From Polyangia bacterium (GTDB lineage Bacteria > Myxococcota_A > Polyangia > Palsa-1104 > JAEUJZ01), in NCBI GenBank assembly GCA_046351595.1, contig JAXLYE010000004.1, forward strand, positions 904,255 to 968,254: 64,000 nt of DNA. Reading direction: 5' to 3'. The position numbers and the translations under genes were made by a program. Every line of letters starts with the position of its first letter. Within the stretch, counting starts at the first letter, position 1. Below, one piece after another: positions 1 to 7,982 of this stretch. A model generated the notes under the pieces. That model ran no database searches and was not told where the DNA came from. It was given only the letters and a program-made list of their open reading frames with translations.

Positions 1-477
1 AGCTCCGAGGGCGTCGCGCGGCAGCTCGACCTCGCCGAGCGCGAGCTGCGAGCGGCGCCGCCCGAGTCGCTCGGCGCCGAGGACCGGGCCTGCTTCGCGG
101 CGCGGCTGGTCGATCAGCGCGCCTTCCAGCACAACCGCGCCGGCGAGCACGCCGCGGCGCTCGCGCTCTACCGCTCGCTGCCCGAGAGCGACGCCCACCC
201 CTTCGCCAGCTACCGCCGCGACGCCGGGCTGGCCTACGGCTGCCTGCGCACCGGCCTGCGCGACGAGGCGCTGCGCTACGCCCGCCGCGCCTGCGACCAC
301 GCCGGGGACGGCGGCTATACGCGGCTGCGGGTCATGGCGCTGATCCTGTCGGCGCGGGTCGAGGGGCTACCCGCCGCGACCGCGACGCTGCAGCGCGCCG
401 AGGCGATCGCCGGCCGCCTGGGCGACCTCGAGCTCATCGCCCGCGTGGCGCGGGTCCGCCTCGGCCGTAGCGAGTGA
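1..477 (+). CDS. hypothetical protein, C-terminal fragment (helical, TPR-like repeats); 5' end lies outside the window
   Basis: Frame 1 is open from position 1 to the TGA at 475-477. GC3 bias is strong (agc tcc gag ggc gtc gcg ...). The translation ends ...GDLELIARVARVRLGRSE. No recognisable catalytic motif. Confidence 0.45.
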   Translation, partial: SSEGVARQLDLAERELRAAPPESLGAEDRACFAARLVDQRAFQHNRAGEHAAALALYRSLPESDAHPFASYRRDAGLAYGCLRTGLRDEALRYARRACDHAGDGGYTRLRVMALILSARVEGLPAATATLQRAEAIAGRLGDLELIARVARVRLGRSE

Positions 478-581
478 GCCCGGTGGCATCAATCATCAAG
501 CATCGGGCGCCCCGTCGCCGCGGCCGGGCGCCGGGCAGTCCGGCGCTTGAGGCTCAGCCCGTCCTGCGGGATAGTGCGCGC

Positions 582-1010
582 ATGGACGCCCTGCCTGCCC
601 GCCTGATCGCCCACGTCTTCACCAAGGAGCCGCAGCCAGCCGAGAGCCTGGTCACCCTGCGCGAGCGGCTGTCCCAGGTCTGCGCGGAGCACGGCGCCAT
701 GCTGCTCGACTTCGTCCTCGATCACGAGCAGCCGGCGCGCCGGCTCCTCGACTACCCGTCGCTGGTGCGCATCGCGCGCGGCGAGGCCGACGGCCTGGTG
801 CTGACGCGGCTGCCGCTGTCGTTCGACGCCCGCCGCTCGCGCGATCGGCTGTGCGCGGCGCTCGTCGGCCCGCTGATGATCCTGACTGCCGCCGAGCTGC
901 GCACCCGCGGCCTGCTGCCGGTGCGCCTCGGCCGCCGCCCGCGCGCCGCCGCCAGCGCCCCGGCCGTGTCGAGCCGCGAGCCCGAGGGCGCCGAGCCGAC
1001 GCCGCACTGA
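582..1010 (+). CDS. hypothetical protein with a resolvase-catalytic-domain-like layout that lacks the nucleophilic Ser (alternative GTG start at 474)
   Basis: This is ORF 474..1010. GC3 bias begins at ATG 582 (MDALPARLIAHVFTKEPQ...). The layout is IAHVFTKEPQ ... LLDYPSLVRIARGEADGLVLTRLPLSF. It resembles the serine-recombinase N-terminal fold, but the conserved Ser is replaced by Phe. No HTH domain follows. Confidence 0.4.
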   Translation: MDALPARLIAHVFTKEPQPAESLVTLRERLSQVCAEHGAMLLDFVLDHEQPARRLLDYPSLVRIARGEADGLVLTRLPLSFDARRSRDRLCAALVGPLMILTAAELRTRGLLPVRLGRRPRAAASAPAVSSREPEGAEPTPH

Positions 1011-1016
1011 GCGGGA

Positions 1017-2155
1017 TCAGCCGTCGATCGCGCCCAGCTCGTCGTCTTCCGTCTTTGCCGCCTGGTGCTTCGCGCCCGGGGTCGTCGCGACCTGGGTCGT
1101 GCGCATGCCCATCTCGCGCAGGCACCACCTCAGCCCCTCCTGCAGGTTGCGCAGGGTGAGGATGCGCGACAGGTCGATGCCGAGGGACACCATGGCCTGC
1201 GCGACCAGCGGGTGGATGCCGGTGATGATGGCGCGGGCGCCGATCAGCTCGACGGCGCGCACCATGCGCACGAGGTAGCTGGCGCTGTTGGTGTCGACGG
1301 ACTCGATCGCGGTCAGATCGAGCAGCGCGTAGCGGGCGCGCGTGTTCACGACTTCCTGCAGCAGCCGCTCCTGCATCGCCGCGGTGCGCGTGCTGTCCAG
1401 GGTGCCCATCATCGGCACGGTCAGGATCCCGTCCCAGACCTGGATGATCGGCATGGCCATGGTGCGCATCGCCTCTTCCTGGCGCCGCACCACCTCGAGC
1501 GAGCCGCGCAGCTCCTCCTCGGTGCGCTCGCGCTCGCGGATCTGCTCGCGCAGCTTGCTCAGCGCCACCGCCAGGTCCGCGCTGGTCGCCTGCCCCGCGG
1601 ACAGCAGCCTCTCGAGCCGCTGCTCGATCGTGGTGTCGGTCGGCTGGACCAGGAACTCATCGAAGTCGCCGCCCAGCGCCGAGAACGCGGTCTGCTCGGC
1701 CCAGCACGGGGTTCCGAACAGGCGCGTGCAGATGCCGGCGAACTTGCCGGCCATCATGCCGCTGCCCCAGCTGACGCCGAGCGCGCGCTGGTAGATGCCC
1801 TCCCAGCTGTTCACCGTGCGCAGCCGCGCTTCCTTCTTCTCGCGGTCGAGCGAGATCACCTCCCAGCGGCCCCAGCCCGCGCTGCTGGCGACGCCGGACA
1901 TGACCTTCATCCCCTCTTCGAACGTCGGCTGGCTGCTGATGACGCCCCAGTCGCCGTCGACGCTGTCGATGCCGCCCTGCTGCAGGCAGAGGTTGAAGCG
2001 CTCGGTCCCGACCATGCGCTGCAGCCCGGACATCAGCCCGGCCACGGTCGTCGGGATCCACATGCTGAGAGCGGGAGTCCCGGCCCACAGGTTCAGGCCG
2101 CGCTCCAGATCCCACTCGATCTCAAAACCGCAGATCGAAATCTTCGGACGATCCA
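1017..2155 (-). CDS. STAS-domain protein (anti-sigma-factor-antagonist-like C-terminus) with an N-terminal sensory domain of about 200 aa
   Basis: ORF 1017..2189. The start is refined to ATG 2155 (MDRPKISICGF), preceded by GGAGGGAG 6 nt upstream. The C-terminus (ALLDLTAIESVDTNSASYLVRMVRAVELIGARAIITGIHPLVAQAMVSLGID) is a STAS/SpoIIAA-like fold. Confidence 0.65.
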
Positions 2156-2290
2156 TCACAAGCTCCCTCCCAGAATCCGGCCAGAGCACGGGAGGTCCCA
2201 GCGCCCGCGGGGCCGGGGGAGCCCTCAGGCGCGATGTTACCTATCGTGATGGTACGGAAAACCTCGGGGGGAAACCAGCGGGAAGGATGC

Positions 2291-4006
2291 TCAGAAGCTC
2301 ACACGCGCGCGGGCAAAGATCTCGCTGGCACCGGCGGCGGGGTCACCAAACTTGGTCGAGCGGTCGCCCAGCATGATGAAGCCTCCGACGGACAGCTCCG
2401 TCGCGTCCCAGACCGTCCACGCAATCTGTGGGAACAAGACTCCGGTCGGTGCGTAGTCATCCCACAGGCGCGTAGTGAGGTCGACTGAGGGCAGCTTCAC
2501 CACACCAAAGAGGCGCAGCAGCAGCCGGTCGCCGAGGAACTTCAGATCGAGGCCGGCGACCACATAGTCACCGACCCGTGCCTCGACGCGCGGCTTCTCG
2601 TTGATGTCGATGGCGTTGGTGCGCGGGCGTGCGGCGCGTCCGGCCCCGAACTCGTCGATGAAGCCGTGGACGTACTGGATGTTCATGTACACCCGGCCCT
2701 TGATGTTGTAGTCGATGCCCACCGTCGCCTTGGCGAACGGCGTCTTCTCGACGACGAGCGGCCGGTCGGCGGCGGCGGTGCCGGGCGGCTTGGTGTCGCG
2801 GAAGTAGCTCCCGGTCGCCGGGTTCTGCGAGTACTGGAACGGCTTCACCCCGCCCGGCGTGATGCCGTCGTAGAAGGCGAGCCCCACCTCGCCCGGGAAG
2901 ATCACCGCCGCCTCGGCCCAGTACCCCAGGCCGCCGAGCGTCTCGATGGAGCCCGCCATCTCGAGCCCGAGCACGTCCATCTTGGGGTACACGAGCAGCG
3001 TCTGGGTCAGGTTGTTGTCCAGCGTCCCCGTCGAGATCGACCACGCCGGGACCGGGATCCCGAACCGCCCGTGGTAGTACGAGAGGCCAATGTCCTGATC
3101 CTTCACCTTGGTCGTGGCGCGGAACCCGAACTGCATGTTCGACGCCGTGATCTCGGGCGCCAGCACGTCGGCGGTGATCGTCAGCGTGCGCCCCGAGGGC
3201 AGGTAGGTGCCGGTCACCGGATCGTACAGCGGCACGTAGATCGCGCGCTCGTCGTCGAGGGCCGAGCGGATCCCCTGGTTGGCGACCGGCGCCGGCCGCA
3301 GCGGATCGAGCAGCGCCACCGGCGCGGTGCGCGGCAGCTGCGCCGGCCGGAACACCGGCACCAGCACCGCCGTGAACGTCAGATCGCCGATCGGGTTCCA
3401 GTCGGCGCGGATCATGTTGTTGGCCAGCGCGCGCCCGAACTGCAGCGGATCCGACAGGTCCAGCGTGTTGAGGTTCGAGATCGGGTTGAACTTGTCCGCC
3501 GCGCCCCAGGGCACCGTCTGCCGACCGATGCGCAGATCGAAGCGCGGGATCACGTCGCCGAACAGGTTGTTGATGTCGATGAACGCAGCGTGGACCTCCA
3601 GGTAGTAGGGGTCGACGCGGTTGCGCAGCGTGGTCGAGTCGATGTCGCTGAGATCCGAGAACCCGAACAAGAGCAGCTCGGTGTCTGCGACGCCGCGGAT
3701 CTTGTCGCCGATGCGCAGGTTCAGCGCCGCGCGGATGCGGTTCTCGTTGCGCGAGAACCCGTTCTTCAGGATCGACCACTGCGAGGGGACCGGGTTCGGC
3801 GGCGCGCGCTCCTCGCCCAGGACGCGGAAGCGCATGTCGCTGGAGATCCAGCCCGAGAACTTGAGGTCGACGTCGGCCCGCGCCGCGGCGGGCGCGAGGA
3901 GCGTACAGGCGGCGGCGAGCGCCCAGGCCCAGGTCGACGGAGTCACGGACCCCGAGCCAGCGGGATCACGAGCGGGGCGCTCACGAGCAGCGCGCTCGTG
4001 GCCCAT
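2291..4006 (-). CDS. large outer-membrane beta-barrel protein (DUF1302-like) and likely outer-membrane partner of the upstream MMPL exporter; alternative start at 4060
   Basis: ORF 2291..4060 (589 aa). A signal peptide (WAWALAAACTLLAPAAARA) follows the internal Met at 4006. The protein ends in aromatic Phe (..ARARVSF), typical of beta-barrels. It lies directly downstream of the MMPL and LolA-like genes on the same strand. Confidence 0.55.
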   Translation of the reverse strand: MGHERAARERPARDPAGSGSVTPSTWAWALAAACTLLAPAAARADVDLKFSGWISSDMRFRVLGEERAPPNPVPSQWSILKNGFSRNENRIRAALNLRIGDKIRGVADTELLLFGFSDLSDIDSTTLRNRVDPYYLEVHAAFIDINNLFGDVIPRFDLRIGRQTVPWGAADKFNPISNLNTLDLSDPLQFGRALANNMIRADWNPIGDLTFTAVLVPVFRPAQLPRTAPVALLDPLRPAPVANQGIRSALDDERAIYVPLYDPVTGTYLPSGRTLTITADVLAPEITASNMQFGFRATTKVKDQDIGLSYYHGRFGIPVPAWSISTGTLDNNLTQTLLVYPKMDVLGLEMAGSIETLGGLGYWAEAAVIFPGEVGLAFYDGITPGGVKPFQYSQNPATGSYFRDTKPPGTAAADRPLVVEKTPFAKATVGIDYNIKGRVYMNIQYVHGFIDEFGAGRAARPRTNAIDINEKPRVEARVGDYVVAGLDLKFLGDRLLLRLFGVVKLPSVDLTTRLWDDYAPTGVLFPQIAWTVWDATELSVGGFIMLGDRSTKFGDPAAGASEIFARARVSF

Positions 4007-4183
4007 GCGCTCGTCTCCAAGACGCTCGGACGGGGAAGGGGAGGGGGTCTGCATGCGCATGCGGCCTCTCTATTCCGGCGGCTATCTGTCGGTTTGGGAG
4101 TACGGGAGGGATCCCGGAGCGGCGGCGAAGGGCTCCGGAAGCGCGCCGCGGTGCGCGGATCCGGAGCCCCGCCCAGGCGCGAG

Positions 4184-4978
4184 CTAGTTCCGCGTCAGCG
4201 CGCGCTGCGAGAAGTTGTCGTCGGTGTAGCCGTTGTTGAAGGTCGCCTTGACCAGGACCAGCTCGGTCTCGTGGTTGTTGCGGCGGTGGTCTGTGTAGAC
4301 CATCTTGCCCGGCGTCAGGAAGCCGCTCGGATCCTTCTGGAAGTCGCTGCGCACCGCGGTCCGGACCTTCTTGCCGCTGTCGTCCAGGTACTCGACCTTG
4401 TGCACCAGCGCGGTCTTGCCATCGACGTACAGCTTCTGCTTCTGCAGGCCCGCGGCCTTGGGCGTAAGCTCCAGCACGGTCAGCTCGCCGTCGGTGCCGG
4501 CGGACTTGGCGGTGAACAGGGCCGACAGGTCGGCGGCGTTCATGTCCGAGGACAGAAGGTCCGAGCCCATGAAGTTCTGGTTCATCTGGCTGGTGCCCAG
4601 GCGGCGGACGCGGTTCCCGAACGCCGGCAAGAGCGCGTACATGACATCCGCGGACTCGGACAGAAAGCCCATGCCCTTGATGTCGCCGGGCGCCAGGAAG
4701 CGCACCAGGCGCTTCTGCCCCTTCTGCATCGTCGTGAACTCGACCTCGCGCACCTGGCCGGGGTCCTTGATCCGCATCTTGAAGTGGAAGAAGGCGTCCT
4801 TGAACGCCGCGGCGGCGGCGTCGATGCGCTTGAGCAGCTGCTCGGCGCTCTCGCCTGCCGCCGGGGCCGCCGGGGCCGCCGGGGTCGTAGGATTCGCGGG
4901 CGCGGGCTGCGCCAGCGCGAGCCCCGCAGAGCCGATCAGCCCGGCGCACACCAGCGCCGAGAGGGTCCTCTTCAACAT
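4184..4978 (-). CDS. periplasmic LolA-fold protein (outer-membrane lipoprotein-sorting-like, DUF1329-like)
   Basis: 264 aa with a signal peptide (MLKRTLSALVCAGLIGSAGLALAQP). Its start lies 3 nt after the MMPL stop. The gene order matches the common MMPL / LolA-like / large-OMP neighbourhood. Confidence 0.5.
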   Translation of the reverse strand: MLKRTLSALVCAGLIGSAGLALAQPAPANPTTPAAPAAPAAGESAEQLLKRIDAAAAAFKDAFFHFKMRIKDPGQVREVEFTTMQKGQKRLVRFLAPGDIKGMGFLSESADVMYALLPAFGNRVRRLGTSQMNQNFMGSDLLSSDMNAADLSALFTAKSAGTDGELTVLELTPKAAGLQKQKLYVDGKTALVHKVEYLDDSGKKVRTAVRSDFQKDPSGFLTPGKMVYTDHRRNNHETELVLVKATFNNGYTDDNFSQRALTRN

Positions 4979-4981
4979 CGG

Positions 4982-7699
4982 TTACTCCTTGTCTTGTTTG
5001 CGCTTGTCCTGGGTACGCATCAGCGCGGGGACCAGAAGGAACGTGAACGCCGCGGACAGCACCATGCCGGCGCACGACAGCCCGCCGAACAGGCGGATCG
5101 GCGGCGCCCCGCCCAGCATCATCACGCCCATGCCCAGCCCGAGCAGCACCGCGGTGGTAAAGATCACCGGCCCCACCGTAGGCACGACCTCGCGCGCCGG
5201 GCGCTGGCGCAGGTACCAGATGTAGTGCATCGCGAAGTCGGCGCCCGAGCTGGTCACGATGCTTCCGACGAGCGAGGTGCCCAGATCAATCGGTCGGCCG
5301 AGCAGCCCGAGCCCGCCGAACACCACCAACAGCGCCATCACCGCCGGCGCCATCGACAGGATCGCCAGCCCGAGCGAGCGCTGCGCGATCAGCAGCGCCA
5401 CGAGCACCGAGATCAGCGCGATGCCCAGGCTCGCCCACTGGTTGCGGTCGACGGCGCGCGAGAACGCCTGGTCGAGCATGGGCTCGCCGGTCAGGCTGGC
5501 GCGCAGCGGCGCTTGGGCCGGGCCCTCGTCGGTGGGGACCAAGAGCGCGGTGGCGCACAGCTCGATCTCGGCGCGCACCTCGTCGCTCGGGCGGCCGTGC
5601 AGCTGCGCCGCCTGCGTGCCCGGGTCCAGGCCGAGCGCCTGCATCAGCAGCTCGACCGCCTTCTTCTGCGCCGCGGACAGGCGCGCGGCTTCGGCGTCGG
5701 CCGCTGCCGCCGGATCCGCCTCGGCATCGGCGCCGGTCCCGGACCCTGCGGGCGTCGCCGCGGGCGCCGGCAGCGGACCGGCCAGGCCCGGGCCCTCGCG
5801 CTCGATGCGCTGCGCCGCTAAAAGGACCGCGGCGGCGCGCGCCGGGCGCTCGCTCGCGGGCAGCAGCCAGCCCAGCTCCTCGGCCAGCTCGGCCGCCGTC
5901 GGGCGGCGCAGCGCGAACGGCCAGCGCGCCTTTAGGTAGTCGCGCAGCCCTGCCAGCACCGGCGCCGCCTCGCCCAAAAGGCGCACGTGCACGAGCGCCG
6001 CGCTCTGATCGCTGGTCACCAGCGTGCGCAGCGATGCCTCGCCGCCGATCAGCGAGTACAGGGTGCCGACCTGCGCCGCCTTGCTCGGCAGCCCGCGCAT
6101 GCCGGCCATGGACTCGTTGACCAGGGCCAGCGGCTGCACGATCGACTGCACCTGCGTCACCCCCGGCAGCGCGCGCGCGAACGCCGTCAGCCGGCGCAGC
6201 TCCTGCAGCGTGCGCGGATCCTTCAGGTCGCCCTCGACCACCACCTGCGCGAACTGGGCGCCGCCGAAGCGCGTGTCCAGAAACTCCTGCGCCAGCGCCG
6301 GCTCCGAGCCCGGGCGGAAGAAGGCGCGCGGCTCCATGCGCACCTGCACCCGCGTCATGCCGCCCGCGCACAGCAGCGCCAAAAGCCCGCTCGCGCCGAC
6401 GACCAGCCACCGCCGCCGCTGCGCGAAGTCGAACACCGCCTGCAACAGGCCCCCGAGCGCGGTGAAGCGCACGTGCCCCTTGCCGCCCGAGCCCGGCCAC
6501 GCCGCCGCCACCGACGGCAGCACCGTCACCGAGAGCAGCCAGCACAGGACCACGCCGAGGCTGCAGGCGACGCCGAAGGCGCGCATCGCCGAGATGTTCA
6601 TCACCAGGAACGACAGGAAGCCCAGGCAGCAGTTCACCGCGGCCACGGTCACCGGCGGGCCGGCGATGCGCAGCGCCGCCACCGCCGCGTCCAGCGGCGA
6701 CAGGCGCGGCTGCTCGGCGCGGATCAGGTAGTAGCGCCCGAGGATGTGGATCGCGTACTGGCTGCCCGAGGCGAAAAAGACCAGCGGCAGCGTGCCCGTG
6801 ACGACCGTGAACGGCTCGCCCAAAAGGCCCATGCCGCCGAGCACCAGCGCCGCCGACAGGCCGACCGTCACCACCGTCAGCGCCACCGGCACCGCGTCGC
6901 GGAAGGCCAAAAGCACGACCCCGAAGAACAGGATCAGCGACAGCGGCGTCAGGCGCCGCACGTCCTGCTGGGTGTCGTCGTAGATCGCCGGGCCCGCGAA
7001 CGGCGCGCCGCCGAAGTACAGCTCGGCCACCGGCGCGAGCTCCTTCTGCGAGAGCGCGCGCGCCTTGTCGGTCAGCGCCTGCGTCTTCTGCCCCTCGACC
7101 AGGAAGACCATCACCAGCGCCGCGGTGCCGTCGGCCGAGACGATGTTGCCGCGGATCGTCGGCTGCGACAGCGCGCGCTGCTCGATCGCCTTGAGCGCCG
7201 CCGCATCCTCGGGGATCTCGGGCGGCACCAGCGGCTTGATCTCGACGCCGAAGTCGCTGGGCACCATGTCCGTCATCTTGGTCAGCGACAGCACGCGGTC
7301 CACGCCCTCGCTGTTCTCGAGCGCGCGCGACAGCCGATCGATGCGCCGCAGAAGGTCGCTGCGGAAGACCGAGCCGCCGTCGCGCGGGCGCACGCCGATG
7401 AGCGCGACGCGCAGCGCGCCGAAGCGCTTGGCCACGTCCTTGAAGACCGCGACGTCGGTGTCGCCCTGCGGCAGGAACACCAGGATGTCGTCCTCGTTGC
7501 GCAGGCGGCTCATGCCCACGGCCGCGAGCGCGGCCAGGAGCCCCACCAGCACGAGCAGGCTGCGCGGTCGTGCGAGCAGGCTGCGCAGCCGCTGCGGCCC
7601 GCGCCCCGCGGCCCCGTGCGCGCCCGGCCCGGCCGGGCCCGGTCCCGAGGGCGAGCGTCCCGAGGGCGAGCGTCCCGAAGGTGAGTGTGCGTCGGACAC
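4982..7699 (-). CDS. MMPL/RND-superfamily inner-membrane exporter (two 6-TM bundles plus periplasmic domains)
   Basis: ORF 4982..7927 (981 aa). The hydrophobicity pattern is typical of MMPL/HpnN-like transporters, with two TM clusters separated by large soluble domains. The likely start is GTG 7699 (VSDAHSPSGRSPSG..., ahead of the first TM segment SLLVLVGLLAALAAVG). The annotated ATG 7927 would add an Arg/Pro-rich extension. Confidence 0.75.
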   Translation of the reverse strand: MSDAHSPSGRSPSGRSPSGPGPAGPGAHGAAGRGPQRLRSLLARPRSLLVLVGLLAALAAVGMSRLRNEDDILVFLPQGDTDVAVFKDVAKRFGALRVALIGVRPRDGGSVFRSDLLRRIDRLSRALENSEGVDRVLSLTKMTDMVPSDFGVEIKPLVPPEIPEDAAALKAIEQRALSQPTIRGNIVSADGTAALVMVFLVEGQKTQALTDKARALSQKELAPVAELYFGGAPFAGPAIYDDTQQDVRRLTPLSLILFFGVVLLAFRDAVPVALTVVTVGLSAALVLGGMGLLGEPFTVVTGTLPLVFFASGSQYAIHILGRYYLIRAEQPRLSPLDAAVAALRIAGPPVTVAAVNCCLGFLSFLVMNISAMRAFGVACSLGVVLCWLLSVTVLPSVAAAWPGSGGKGHVRFTALGGLLQAVFDFAQRRRWLVVGASGLLALLCAGGMTRVQVRMEPRAFFRPGSEPALAQEFLDTRFGGAQFAQVVVEGDLKDPRTLQELRRLTAFARALPGVTQVQSIVQPLALVNESMAGMRGLPSKAAQVGTLYSLIGGEASLRTLVTSDQSAALVHVRLLGEAAPVLAGLRDYLKARWPFALRRPTAAELAEELGWLLPASERPARAAAVLLAAQRIEREGPGLAGPLPAPAATPAGSGTGADAEADPAAAADAEAARLSAAQKKAVELLMQALGLDPGTQAAQLHGRPSDEVRAEIELCATALLVPTDEGPAQAPLRASLTGEPMLDQAFSRAVDRNQWASLGIALISVLVALLIAQRSLGLAILSMAPAVMALLVVFGGLGLLGRPIDLGTSLVGSIVTSSGADFAMHYIWYLRQRPAREVVPTVGPVIFTTAVLLGLGMGVMMLGGAPPIRLFGGLSCAGMVLSAAFTFLLVPALMRTQDKRKQDKE
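7644..7688. repeat. 15-bp tandem repeat x3 (cccgagggcgagcgt) encoding SPSGR x3 at the MMPL N-terminus
   Basis: Read directly: cccgagggcgagcgt / cccgagggcgagcgt / cccgaaggtgagtgt. Confidence 0.85.
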
Positions 7700-7719
7700 G
7701 ATAGCGCCGGACGCTATCG
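7699..7719. promoter_or_regulatory. perfect 8-bp inverted repeat with a 5-bp spacer (CGATAGCG-ccgga-CGCTATCG) overlapping the putative MMPL start codon; candidate operator
   Basis: Read directly from the sequence. The palindrome abuts or overlaps the GTG at 7697-7699. Confidence 0.5.
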
Positions 7720-7982
7720 GGTTTCGTCTGGCCCGACAAGGGGCGTGCAATACCGCACCCGGGCCCGCGCGGGGCCGCCTCCGACCGCGCGCCGGAGACC
7801 GCAAAAGACCGAATTCTCCGTCGGAGCTGCGCGGCCTCCGGGGACACCCGAGGGCCGCCGCCGCGCTGTTCGTTTTCGCACCCGGAGGGGCCCGCGCGCG
7901 CCGCGGCCGGTGGGACTTTTCCCCCATTCCGCGCCCCGCCGCGCTGCGCTACGGTCCGCGCGTTCTCGACGAGGAGGTAGCC

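Noticed and set aside
2666-5821. 1051-aa plus-strand ORF
   Set aside because: It lies antisense to the MMPL / LolA-like / OMP genes. The product is low-complexity and Arg/Gly/Asp-rich, with no start context. It is a typical shadow ORF of a 70% GC genome.
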